Shown: one piece after another, positions 16,372 through 25,079 of the stretch
How the letters are laid out: every line of letters starts with the position of its first letter
Numbering within the stretch: the stretch's first letter is position 1
IMG/VR virus record: IMGVR_UViG_3300028595_000056
Span: 1-26,493 of that record
Length of the DNA: 26,493 bases
Reading direction: 5' to 3' (one strand)
Origin: a virus
Lineage: Duplodnaviria > Caudoviricetes
Made by a program: the position numbers and the translations under genes
The notes under the pieces: model-generated
What the model was told of the DNA's origin: nothing
What the model saw: the letters and a program-made list of their open reading frames with translations, nothing else
The model's database searches: none

Positions 16372-19300
16372 GAACCGCAGACGAGATATGGGGCCAGCTA
16401 AAGTCTGAGCCTAAAATTCCGACAGCGGAAGATGTCTGGTCTGCGTTTCAACAGGTCAAGAAGCAGCGGAAGGCTTTTTATGACCAATGGAACATAGACC
16501 CCGAGACTCGCAGGCAGAGGTCGGCTGAGGTGGTAGACATCTCAAAGGACTTGTTTGCGCCGGTAGACACGGTGGTAAACAACTATTCCTTTTTGACTGC
16601 CGATCCACAAGACCTGCGGGAAGAAGTCTTCAAGCAATATGAGAAAGAGCCTGGGGTATTGGACACACTCTTTGCCAAACCCCTTCCAGACGGCACCATC
16701 GAGCTTTCTCCCAACATTGAGGGAATCCCCGCAAAACCCCAAGAGGACGAGTTACTTCCCGGCCCTATGGAATTTAAGGATGAGGGTTTTGCCAAGAACT
16801 ACTGGAAGAATCTAAAACAACTGTTTGTTGCTGAAGGCCCGGCATACGTTGACGACAGCCGTATGGCGAAGTTTGACGAGATGTTCAATACGGTTGTAGG
16901 CCAACCCCTCCGCTTTGGACTGAAGCTTGCCAAGGGCATGACCTTTGGCACCCCAGACATGGCGTGGGCTGGCCTAAAACGTGCCCTGCCGGAAGATCAG
17001 TGGAATGAAGTCAAGGACATGAACCTTGACGAAGCGATGGACTGGGCGGCTGGTTACAATCCCTCGGCCTTTAATTCCATGCTGGGTGATATTGCCCAAT
17101 TCTCGGGGGCGATTGGCTCTGCCAGCAAACTAATTCCCACCCCAGAGGGTTTATCCACGATTGGGAAGGCTGCACACTCTGCCCTTCAATTTGGAGCCGC
17201 CAGGACAGCCACAGAGGGCGCAAAACTCGCATCCGAGAAGATAGACCCCACCGAGGCCGATTACGGCTACGAGGGCGCTACGGCGGTTATGAAGGACATG
17301 GCGCTAGGGGCGATATTTTCATTCGCCAAGTCGGGCGGTGAGGCTTTATGGAATCGGCACCTCATGGAGGCAGAGAGGGTTCGTGTGCTAGAACTTCTCG
17401 GCCTTGAGGGTAACGCCACAGTCCCAGAGATCAAAGAGGCTGCGCGGCGGTTTATGAAGATTAACCGGCCCAACGCTTCTGGTGATATACAGAACGCCTT
17501 TTCTGATGCCATCACTAAGCGCATTCGTATGTTAAGGGGGGAATCCACGGATATAGTGTTCCGTGGTGCCAAGGTTAAGGTCAACGCCCCAAAGCCCCTC
17601 CTTCCCCCATTTGAGCAGGAAGTGGCCGAAAGGGTAATGGTTGAGGCCGAGGAACTTACCAGAAACGCCCTGGTCAATCGCCACATTGCCCAATACCAAG
17701 GCTATCAGCGGAACCCATCCGAGGCCATGCTCAACAAGATCATGGAGACTCGGAAGCACATCGACGCGGTGGACAGGGTAACAGATCCACTTGACGGTCG
17801 GCCTTTCGTTCCCCCTGAGATTGAAGCCCTGGAACTCCAGAGGAAGTACAAGGACGTTCCTGCGGTCGCAGACACCATGAAGCTGCCGACCGTGGATGCT
17901 GGCACCGCTGGCATAGGAAAGCCTGCACAGGGCTTCCAGAAGGTCCAGACGGCTGCTACAGGCAAGAAGGCTATCCGCAACAAAGAGGGCCGCACAGCCG
18001 ACCAGATGAAGGCTGACACGCCCACCTCAGAGATTGCCCTGTCGCCCAAAGAGCAAGAGTTAAAGTTCAGGGAATGGAAAGAGCGTAAGCGTTACGATAC
18101 CCTACTCCAGAGAGTGGAACAGGGGAATATGAATGCCCTCCAACAGTTAAAGGCGTTCGTCTCTGGTACTAACTTACCCACCTATGAAGACTTGCTTGCA
18201 AGGGCCACAGAGGGCGATGAACAAGCCGTTCAGGACATTATCGAGGGCCGGTACTTCCACACCACCGTTGATGACCCAAAGATCTTAGAATACATCAAGC
18301 AGGGCAAGAGAATTAACCCACTGAAGCGGTTGCCGTGGGATACAGTAAAGGAGCCGAAGGTTGAAGCAAGGAAAGACGTTGATAGAGGTATTTCAGGAGA
18401 CGGGAAAGGAAAAGCAATTAGCGTGCCTCCAGCAGAGGGAACAATTAGAGGATACCACGGAACATGGAAAGAATTTCCTATTGAAAAGTTCAACAGAAAA
18501 CAACAGGAAAAGAACAGAATAGAGGGCGCGGTTGATACAATGGGTATTTGGTTTTCTAGCACAAAAGAGGGCGCTGGGGCGTATGGGCCAATTACTGTAG
18601 AAGCAGACCTGTCTATAAACAAGCCATACAGATTTAAAGGCAAAGGTGCGTGGAAAACAATGTCCTACGCTGCGGACCGCGCTGGTGGTGGAGAAGCGTA
18701 CAGAAACAAACTAATAAGCGAGGGGTATGATGGGATTTCAATAAAAGGTGACACAGTTGACGGCGTTGAACAAGATGTTTACATAGCCTTTGAGCCGTCG
18801 CAGATTAAAAAACCTGGACAACTAACCCGCTTTCAACGCGGCATGACCCCACTCATTCCTATGATGGCCGAAGAGTTAAAGGAACTCGGCACTAAGGGGG
18901 TCACCAATTCCATAGACTTCGCAAGGGCATCTTCTGAAATTGCCCAGAATTTACTACAAAAGGGCGTCACCCGTTTTAGAACAATGGGGCCTGGCGGGGA
19001 GCAGATCGCAGATGACATTGAATACATATCCTTTAAGGTTGAGCAGAACTCCAACGTAGACACGTTAGGGGTGGCAGACGCGTATAAGGGCATGTCCAAG
19101 GCCCAAAGGGAGATGATAGGCAAATGGGCCAACGAGAGGCTCGACAAGGCCCCTCCCAAGGCCATACAAGACGCAGAGAAGGCCCTGAACGAGATCATGG
19201 ACCGCGCTATGGAAGAGGCGGCTGAACTCGGGATGAAGCGTGTTATCTACACTCCCAAGAGAACGCCCGGCGGGATTGAACGGGTCAAGGAGGTAGTCCC

Positions 19301-21260
19301 TGTTGGTGGGTCTGGCAGGTGGTATCCGCAGATCCCCAATAAAGCCGGGGAAAAGTTCTTGAACGCAGCAGAAAAGAAGGGCAAGAGTGACCCGAAGGTA
19401 TTCCAATGGGCAGAGGCACAAGTAGTAGACGGCAAGTTCAAGACCGTGGACGATGCCGTAACTGCCCTACAGGACTTCCGCAACAACCAACTGCGCGGAG
19501 TAAACGGATACCTGGAAAAATCCAGAGTGGACCTGCCAGAAGAATACATCGAATGGGACGGACTCAAGACGCTTCCCCATCTTATCAGAAAGAACTGGTC
19601 TACGGTCGAAGGCGTGAGGAAGTGGGGATATGACGCAGAGGGCAGGTCATTCCCTGGGGCCAACAAACTCCTAGAACAGATCAGAACCGACAAGGGCAGC
19701 ACGCACGAAGCGAATGTAAGAGAGTTTATCAGGTCTAACTTTGGCCTTGGGTCTAACGCCAATCTCGCAGAGAAGAAGCTGTCTGACATTGTTAGGGGTT
19801 ATCAGTTCACTACAAAGGTATCCATGTCGCCTTTGACGATTGCCAGGAACATGCTGGATCGTATCGCCAAGGGCTATATGATTTCCCCTGTGGCTACCAT
19901 CCAGGCGATGAAGGATTACCCCCCGTTCTTGAACGCATTTATTGAATCGGCCCGCCTCTTAGAGAGGGAGATGATAGAACGTGGCGCTGTGTTTGGTCAC
20001 GGGTCTTTATCTGAGGGTTACGAACCTGGGTCTGTTGCATCAGAATTGGCGGCGGCTCCATTTACAACGTCTGAGCGCGGCAACCAAGCCTTTATAGCGC
20101 TGGTGTCTTACCGCAAGCTAATGGCAGATATTGCCAACCTGCACAAGCAAAGCCCGCGACTGTGGAAGATACTAACAGGCAACACCGAAAGGGCCATTAA
20201 AGAACGCCTGAAACCCCTTGGCGAGAAAACCCTAGCCAAGATAGAGAGCGGCGAACAGCTTACCCAGGAGGAAATTAGCTGGTTCTTGCACCAAGCCGTA
20301 AGAGACAAGGCGTTCCCGAAGATCGCGTCTACTAAAGAGGCGTGGTATGACTCCCACCCACTACGCAAGATTTTCATGCAGTTTAAAACGTGGTCAGCAA
20401 GACAGACGGCCATGCTCTACAACGATGTCTTGAAGTATACCGCCAAGACCGGCGACCCTACGCGGATTATAAACTACCTGGTTGGCATCTTTGTTGCTGG
20501 TGAACTGTATAACATCCTTAGAGACACGGTAAAAGACCGCAACGAGTCTGTGTATTCTCAGTTAAAGCTTTCTAAGGAAGAGCGAAAGATCGGCAGGGCC
20601 ATCCTTAAAGACTTGGTCGACGGCGGGTTGGTTGGTATGTTAGCAGACTTCACCTACGGCATATTCGACTGGGGCATCGGCCCGACAGGCTCCACGGCCA
20701 AAGAGGGGTTAAAAACGGCATCACGCATAATCAAAGAGTTTGACTTGAAGGGAGAGGTTGTAGGCGAACTGGCAAAGAAGGAGTTGACCCCAATCCAACA
20801 GATAGAGTCGGTAATGAAGAAGTTCGATAAAGACTCTATGTACACAGACTACAGCAAGTGGCGGTCAAGGGCGTGGGAGTTTGCCAATGACGCAAAAACG
20901 CCGGAGGAAAAGCTGTACGCATGGACAGACCGGGCCTTATTTGGTCGTAACCGTATTAACCCCGGTGAACACTCAATGGCCTATGAGATGATTAACCGCC
21001 AAATCATCGCCGGTGATATAGACGATGCTGCTGAATACGTCTCTTTGTTGGTGTCTCGCGCTGACACGCCAGAAGAGTTGATGAAGATAAGGACTGGACT
21101 TAAGAGTTCAATGACGCGTCGCGGTCCACTTGGCGGCTTAGGGAAAGAGAGGGGTAATTTCCTGGGCAAACTCACCACTGAAGAGAGAACCGAGGTGTTA
21201 GATTTAGAACGGGACTATAGAGAGGCGTACAAAGCCGCCATTAACCGAGGGTGGAAGTAG
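16344..21260 (+). CDS. Large internal virion/ejection protein (gp16-like, polyvalent) with J-like and ADP-ribosyltransferase-like domains
   Basis: 1638 aa and last of the ejection genes. LLGLEGNATVPEIKEAARRF (J-like); GYHGT...GIWFS...GYDGI...YIAFEPSQIK (ART-PolyVal-like); FMQFKTW motif in the C-terminal helical region. Confidence 0.8.
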   Translation: MAEDTTTAIGTADEIWGQLKSEPKIPTAEDVWSAFQQVKKQRKAFYDQWNIDPETRRQRSAEVVDISKDLFAPVDTVVNNYSFLTADPQDLREEVFKQYEKEPGVLDTLFAKPLPDGTIELSPNIEGIPAKPQEDELLPGPMEFKDEGFAKNYWKNLKQLFVAEGPAYVDDSRMAKFDEMFNTVVGQPLRFGLKLAKGMTFGTPDMAWAGLKRALPEDQWNEVKDMNLDEAMDWAAGYNPSAFNSMLGDIAQFSGAIGSASKLIPTPEGLSTIGKAAHSALQFGAARTATEGAKLASEKIDPTEADYGYEGATAVMKDMALGAIFSFAKSGGEALWNRHLMEAERVRVLELLGLEGNATVPEIKEAARRFMKINRPNASGDIQNAFSDAITKRIRMLRGESTDIVFRGAKVKVNAPKPLLPPFEQEVAERVMVEAEELTRNALVNRHIAQYQGYQRNPSEAMLNKIMETRKHIDAVDRVTDPLDGRPFVPPEIEALELQRKYKDVPAVADTMKLPTVDAGTAGIGKPAQGFQKVQTAATGKKAIRNKEGRTADQMKADTPTSEIALSPKEQELKFREWKERKRYDTLLQRVEQGNMNALQQLKAFVSGTNLPTYEDLLARATEGDEQAVQDIIEGRYFHTTVDDPKILEYIKQGKRINPLKRLPWDTVKEPKVEARKDVDRGISGDGKGKAISVPPAEGTIRGYHGTWKEFPIEKFNRKQQEKNRIEGAVDTMGIWFSSTKEGAGAYGPITVEADLSINKPYRFKGKGAWKTMSYAADRAGGGEAYRNKLISEGYDGISIKGDTVDGVEQDVYIAFEPSQIKKPGQLTRFQRGMTPLIPMMAEELKELGTKGVTNSIDFARASSEIAQNLLQKGVTRFRTMGPGGEQIADDIEYISFKVEQNSNVDTLGVADAYKGMSKAQREMIGKWANERLDKAPPKAIQDAEKALNEIMDRAMEEAAELGMKRVIYTPKRTPGGIERVKEVVPVGGSGRWYPQIPNKAGEKFLNAAEKKGKSDPKVFQWAEAQVVDGKFKTVDDAVTALQDFRNNQLRGVNGYLEKSRVDLPEEYIEWDGLKTLPHLIRKNWSTVEGVRKWGYDAEGRSFPGANKLLEQIRTDKGSTHEANVREFIRSNFGLGSNANLAEKKLSDIVRGYQFTTKVSMSPLTIARNMLDRIAKGYMISPVATIQAMKDYPPFLNAFIESARLLEREMIERGAVFGHGSLSEGYEPGSVASELAAAPFTTSERGNQAFIALVSYRKLMADIANLHKQSPRLWKILTGNTERAIKERLKPLGEKTLAKIESGEQLTQEEISWFLHQAVRDKAFPKIASTKEAWYDSHPLRKIFMQFKTWSARQTAMLYNDVLKYTAKTGDPTRIINYLVGIFVAGELYNILRDTVKDRNESVYSQLKLSKEERKIGRAILKDLVDGGLVGMLADFTYGIFDWGIGPTGSTAKEGLKTASRIIKEFDLKGEVVGELAKKELTPIQQIESVMKKFDKDSMYTDYSKWRSRAWEFANDAKTPEEKLYAWTDRALFGRNRINPGEHSMAYEMINRQIIAGDIDDAAEYVSLLVSRADTPEELMKIRTGLKSSMTRRGPLGGLGKERGNFLGKLTTEERTEVLDLERDYREAYKAAINRGWK

Positions 21261-21280
21261 TAAAGGCGTAAGGAGAGGAA

Positions 21281-21610
21281 ATGAGTGCAACAGATCAAGC
21301 GAAACTAAGACTCTGGATACGTGACGGCATTGCCATTATCATGTTCATGATAGGCGGGGTGAGCCTTTGGCACAACTCCGAGATAAAGCATGAAGCGTCC
21401 AAGCATGACAGACTGGAACTCCACCGTGTTATAGAAGAAACCAAAGAAAAGGACGAAACATCAACCATGAAGGTGATGGCTGAGATAAACCGCCACCGCA
21501 CGCTGGGCTGTGATGTCGCCATTCAGGCCGCTAAGGATGTGGCGGTCATAAAAAAGGACATTGAGTACATCAAGCAAGGGATTGGCAGGATTGAAGACAA
21601 GCTGCCTTAG
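21281..21610 (+). CDS. Single-TM, coiled-coil membrane protein (holin-like)
   Basis: AAGGAGAGG SD. GIAIIMFMIGGVSLW TM segment; DVAVIKKDIEYIKQGIGRIEDKL coiled coil. Last gene of the late operon. Confidence 0.55.
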   Translation: MSATDQAKLRLWIRDGIAIIMFMIGGVSLWHNSEIKHEASKHDRLELHRVIEETKEKDETSTMKVMAEINRHRTLGCDVAIQAAKDVAVIKKDIEYIKQGIGRIEDKLP

Positions 21611-21840
21611 TCGCCTTCCTGCTCAAGCTTGTCCATGTCTTCTATGACTTGGTAATAAGCCACCTCAAGCGCAACACCCTGGTCGTCCAACATACCGTTG
21701 TGCGAATATATTGCTTCTATATGCGCATCTATGCACTGTCGCAGTTTTTTCCACCTATCCCTCAGCCGCTCGTTCTCGGCTAACAGTTTCTCAATGCGAG
21801 CTGCCATCTTAGCCTCTTTGCCTACTGGTCCTGTTATCAT
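21607..21840 (-). CDS. Small phage hypothetical protein (AENERL cassette 3)
   Basis: AAAGGGGG SD in the junction repeat; coiled coil LLAENERLRD. Confidence 0.7.
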   Translation of the reverse strand: MITGPVGKEAKMAARIEKLLAENERLRDRWKKLRQCIDAHIEAIYSHNGMLDDQGVALEVAYYQVIEDMDKLEQEGD

Positions 21841-22088
21841 CTCAGTCCCCCTTTCTGCTCAAGCAACTGCTTCAACTCTTTGTAGTATGTCTGTGTGGTC
21901 AAATTGTCCACATCCATCAAATTTAGCAGTTTTAGTGAGGTCTCCCGCAGCCGCTCGTTCTCGGCCTCAATCTCAGTGAATAGATCAACCCGAACGTACC
22001 CAACTGGGGCTTTGTCTTCTGGCTCTGACATCACCCAGGTGTCTTCATATTGCCAAGACATCATGAGCCTTTTTGGTGCATCCTTCAT
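21837..22088 (-). CDS. Small phage hypothetical protein (AENERL cassette 2)
   Basis: AAAGGGG SD in the junction repeat; APKRL..W..YVRVDL motif, then EAENERLR. Confidence 0.75.
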   Translation of the reverse strand: MKDAPKRLMMSWQYEDTWVMSEPEDKAPVGYVRVDLFTEIEAENERLRETSLKLLNLMDVDNLTTQTYYKELKQLLEQKGGLR

Positions 22089-22104
22089 CTCAATCCCCTT
22101 TCTG

Positions 22105-22380
22105 CTACCACACTAATTTTCTACCACAAATATGACAGTACTTTTGGTCACGCACTTGTGTCCCGCAGTGGTAGCAGTATGGCCTAGAGCGGTTTACGTT
22201 TCCGTCTGCATCTATCGGATAGGCTACTTCAATTTCTATTGCTGACTCCAATTCATCCACCCGTTTCAGCAGCCGCTCGTTCTCGGCGCGGAGGGTGGAT
22301 AGTTCTTTGTTAACCCTGTGAAAGTTTGGTAATCTTCCACACCATTCATCTAGCGACATCTCTCTATTAGACCCATCCAT
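22105..22380 (-). CDS. Small phage protein with C-terminal zinc ribbon (AENERL cassette 1), 91 aa
   Basis: Start moved to ATG 22380 behind the junction-repeat SD. MDGSNREMSLDEWC...RAENERLL...CYHC...CHICGRKL. Confidence 0.7.
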   Translation of the reverse strand: MDGSNREMSLDEWCGRLPNFHRVNKELSTLRAENERLLKRVDELESAIEIEVAYPIDADGNVNRSRPYCYHCGTQVRDQKYCHICGRKLVW

Positions 22381-22423
22381 CTCAATCCCCTTTCTGCTCA
22401 ATTGATCCAGACGATAGTGAAAA

Positions 22424-22861
22424 TTATGTTTCGTTGTTCTCTGGCACGTCCACATACTCAGTTTTTGGCGTATACGGGAAGGTGACATCCACGCGACTAT
22501 CTCGGCTCGTATAGCAACACCCGTCTGGTTCGCGGAACACTTTGCCTTCAATGTCATAGGCGTGGTCGCCATCCTTAAATACGTGGCTGCATCGCCTGTT
22601 CTGGTATCTACCTGGGGATATTTCATTCCACTCGTTGTCCTCGCCCGTCAACGGGACAAGAGGCTCAAAGCTGGCAAGCTTTTTAAACCGCCCGATCACA
22701 TAGGGTGCGGTCGTTCCGCTATGTCCTTGGTTGCCGAACACCTCCAACAATGCCAGGATGTCAGCGCAAATAGCCTCCTGCATTTCACAGTCATACTTGC
22801 CCTCGGCGTCGATCCACCCGCAGGCCCGAAATTCTTGTTTCGCATGCTCTATTAGATTCAT
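22424..22861 (-). CDS. Conserved phage hypothetical protein (GHSG motif)
   Basis: GGAG SD. VFGNQGHSGTTA, PLTGEDNEW, YQNRRCSHVFK and VTFPYTP form a recurrent phage family pattern. Confidence 0.75.
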   Translation of the reverse strand: MNLIEHAKQEFRACGWIDAEGKYDCEMQEAICADILALLEVFGNQGHSGTTAPYVIGRFKKLASFEPLVPLTGEDNEWNEISPGRYQNRRCSHVFKDGDHAYDIEGKVFREPDGCCYTSRDSRVDVTFPYTPKTEYVDVPENNET

Positions 22862-22888
22862 TCTTATCGCTCCGTCTCAAAATAAAGG

Positions 22889-23095
22889 TTATGTTTCTCT
22901 GTCATTCCAGTCTGCAACGGCACCAGCCTCGCCGTCCATCCTTGATGGCCCATGCACGTCACAATCACGGCACCACACATACCAATAAGGCCACGACCGT
23001 GCTTGTGCCTGTTCCTCACACACGACAATGTCATTACCGCCACAAAACGGGCATGGTTTAAGTTCGTTGCTTATCTTGTTGTCGCGGTTGCCCAT
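22889..23095 (-). CDS. Lar family restriction-alleviation-like zinc-finger protein
   Basis: ELKPCPFCG...VWCRDC...GP...AVADWNDR; GGAGG SD before ATG 23095. Confidence 0.8.
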   Translation of the reverse strand: MGNRDNKISNELKPCPFCGGNDIVVCEEQAQARSWPYWYVWCRDCDVHGPSRMDGEAGAVADWNDRET

Positions 23096-23211
23096 TGCGC
23101 TAAATCCTCCCAAGTATTGTCCGGTTCATATTCCTCGCGCCAATCAAAATCGTACTCATGTCTACAGTGGTCCCGCGATTTGCAGTTGCTGCACTGTTCT
23201 GGCTCACTCAT
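23071..23211 (-). CDS. 46-aa hypothetical protein (CxxC...C)
   Basis: Read by hand: GGAAGGA SD, MSEPEQCSNCKSRDHCRHEYDFDWREEYEPDNTWEDLAQWATATTR*. Confidence 0.5.
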   Translation of the reverse strand: MSEPEQCSNCKSRDHCRHEYDFDWREEYEPDNTWEDLAQWATATTR

Positions 23212-23299
23212 TATCTGTCCTTCCGAGAATTGAGATTATGTTTCATTGCACTCACTTCTGTATTTATGGGTGCATATATGCACAGTTCTAGGTTTGAGT

Positions 23300-23512
23300 T
23301 TATGGTTCATTCCAATAACCTGTCCAAATCCACAGTAACATCACACGCAGCCACCACATGATTATCAACCCAGCTTCCATTCCGTGGCCGTCTGGGAACC
23401 CATTGCGCGTATAGCTAGATGATACTATGTGGTCTGGTATAAAGTGTGTGCCAATAATAATCAGCATCGCGCCAATAGCCCAAATCAGGTTATGTTTAGT
23501 ACACCACCGCAT
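23300..23512 (-). CDS. Small two-TM membrane protein
   Basis: LIWAIGAMLIIIG and AGLIIMWWLRVMLLWIW hydrophobic segments; overlaps the upstream gene. Confidence 0.55.
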   Translation of the reverse strand: MRWCTKHNLIWAIGAMLIIIGTHFIPDHIVSSSYTRNGFPDGHGMEAGLIIMWWLRVMLLWIWTGYWNEP

Positions 23513-23600
23513 TATCTCTTTCTTCTATCAGGTATCCACACTGCCAGCATTGGTGGGGCCATTCTTCTACTAAACTTCCCCCGCCACAACTTGGGCACAC
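23496..23600 (-). CDS. 34-aa zinc-ribbon protein
   Basis: GTG at 23600 just after the sulfotransferase stop, with AAGGAAGG SD; CPSC...CWQCG. Confidence 0.5.
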   Translation of the reverse strand: MCPSCGGGSLVEEWPHQCWQCGYLIEERDNAVVY

Positions 23601-23602
23601 AA

Positions 23603-24268
23603 CTACCCTTCCTTTGACGGGTGCTGGCTTGTTCGGCTCAACGCACGTTTGGTGGCTTCTATGTCCGCATCCGTAAAGGCAGGTTGCCAGCACAATCGCA
23701 AAATACGCTGCCCAACAGTGCGGTGGTTTCCGGTGATGACGTGTTGTGTGGTCACGTCGCAGTCTTTGTACAAGTTTGGTAGCTTTTCTCCAACGAAACA
23801 TTCTATCTGCTCCTTTACGGCTTTGTTGTTGTCCCGAAGGTCATCTAGATTAACTGATACATACGAAACTCTGCGGGCCTTGAGGTATATATAATTACAC
23901 GCCCTAATGAATACGGGCGTTAAATAGAGCTTCAGTCGGCTGCTATATGGCGGGTTCCTCTTAACCCTTGATTGAATGCACTGCCACAGGTTGCGCTTGA
24001 GCCATATAACCCTTACGTCGTGTTTAGACCTGAGCCATTGGCCCAGTCTCCACAAGCTCTTGGACGAGTCTATCCACACGCGCTCTCTCGGCTCACAGGT
24101 CAAGTTAAAAACAAAAGGCTTGCCGTCAGACGTCTCGGGCCATGTCCTGCCCCATATCCAGCTAGAAGTCTCTCCCAGATTCCTAAATCCTTTGTGGTTG
24201 CCAAGAGCAAACCCAACAACCGTGGAGCCGCACCGCGCTTGTCCTAGAATATAAATTACTTTTGCCAT
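23603..24268 (-). CDS. PAPS-dependent sulfotransferase family protein
   Basis: IYILGQARCGST (5'-phosphosulfate-binding loop), LGE, IDSSK and VIWLKRN (3'-PB-like). Also H..TGNHR. Confidence 0.8.
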   Translation of the reverse strand: MAKVIYILGQARCGSTVVGFALGNHKGFRNLGETSSWIWGRTWPETSDGKPFVFNLTCEPRERVWIDSSKSLWRLGQWLRSKHDVRVIWLKRNLWQCIQSRVKRNPPYSSRLKLYLTPVFIRACNYIYLKARRVSYVSVNLDDLRDNNKAVKEQIECFVGEKLPNLYKDCDVTTQHVITGNHRTVGQRILRLCWQPAFTDADIEATKRALSRTSQHPSKEG

Positions 24269-24735
24269 AATATTTCCTTGGTTGCGTTTATCACCGTAGC
24301 AGGTGGGATGTGGTTTAGGTTGCCACTGTAAGGATCGCTAGACTTAACCCTGCGTGGCATACCCGCCTTTTCGTCTGGGATATACAGACACGTTACATTG
24401 GCTCCATTGGGGACTCTTAATGCAGGAGATACGGGACCGAACAGGGCCACACAGGGAACATTGTACCTGATTGCTATGTGCATTGGCCCAGAGTCCGTAC
24501 AAACAAGAACATCAGACATACAGATAATACTGATCAACTCTTTTAATGTGGTCATGTTTGTTCTGTTCTCACACTTGCACCGCATGGGTTCAGGGGAGTG
24601 ACCCACGATAGTTACATGGTTCTGGGATAAGCCCTGGACCACCTCATACCACCACCTCCACCGCCTTCCTGGCGACTTGGAGTATGGGTATACCGTCACG
24701 CGCCGACGAGTTGGTTGTTCAAGTCGTATTGACAT
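24256..24735 (-). CDS. Glycosyltransferase family 9, C-terminal Rossmann half
   Basis: VTVYP..K...RRW, TTLKELISII..SDVLVCTDSGPMHIA...VPCVALFGP. Start uncertain (ATG 24735, or frameshift from the upstream ORF). Confidence 0.8.
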   Translation of the reverse strand: MSIRLEQPTRRRVTVYPYSKSPGRRWRWWYEVVQGLSQNHVTIVGHSPEPMRCKCENRTNMTTLKELISIICMSDVLVCTDSGPMHIAIRYNVPCVALFGPVSPALRVPNGANVTCLYIPDEKAGMPRRVKSSDPYSGNLNHIPPATVINATKEILWQK

Positions 24736-25079
24736 CCGTAACCAATGCCTCCTTGAAAGTGATAGGGAGCGCCTGCTTTGTAAAGAACCCACTGCCGAAT
24801 AGGGCTGGCATCAAACTGAACTGTTAGGTAGGGTTTATATTTCCGCATCTCTCGCACCACACCTAAATACCGGGTCAACCCCCACACCAACAAACCTTTC
24901 TTGGTCCAATTTTTGATTCCCAAGTCAATGCAGCCATGCGCGAATCCGTACACTGTCATGGCGTCTTCTGGGTTGCTGTGCAAGATGACTATGTTGTACA
25001 TCTTGGACAGGTGTTTCACGGCATCATAAGCCATGAACATATCCCCGATTCCGTTTGGTGGACATACTATACAGACCAT
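24696..25079 (-). CDS. Glycosyltransferase family 9, N-terminal half
   Basis: PNGIGDMFMA...VKHL is the GT9 N-terminal GxGD motif. Overlaps the C-terminal half in another frame. Confidence 0.7.
   Translation of the reverse strand: MVCIVCPPNGIGDMFMAYDAVKHLSKMYNIVILHSNPEDAMTVYGFAHGCIDLGIKNWTKKGLLVWGLTRYLGVVREMRKYKPYLTVQFDASPIRQWVLYKAGAPYHFQGGIGYGCQYDLNNQLVGA

Larger units (their letters stand above)
21607..22401. repeat. Two interleaved direct-repeat families (21-nt junction repeat; 18-nt intragenic repeat)
   Basis: CATCTCAATCCCCTTTCTGCT at 22086-22106 and 22378-22398, a variant at 21838-21864 and a degenerate copy at 21607-21628. CAGCCGCTCGTTCTCGGC is exact at 21763-21780, 21948-21965 and 22270-22287. 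Confidence 0.9.

Noticed and set aside
200-21522. Numerous - strand ORFs opposite the late genes
   Set aside because: They are antisense shadows of well-supported + strand genes, with no recognisable motifs.
21607-22401. Repeats as a CRISPR array
   Set aside because: Repeats are 18-24 nt with irregular 55-185 nt coding spacers, in two alternating types, and no cas genes are present.
22381-22626. Long 5' extension of ORF 22105..22626
   Set aside because: It overlaps gene 22424..22861. The junction-repeat SD places the start at 22380.
23601-23801. 5' part of ORF 23496..23801, including a lipobox-like LYGC
   Set aside because: It lies wholly inside the sulfotransferase in another frame with no SD. 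Only the terminal zinc ribbon from GTG 23600 is supported.
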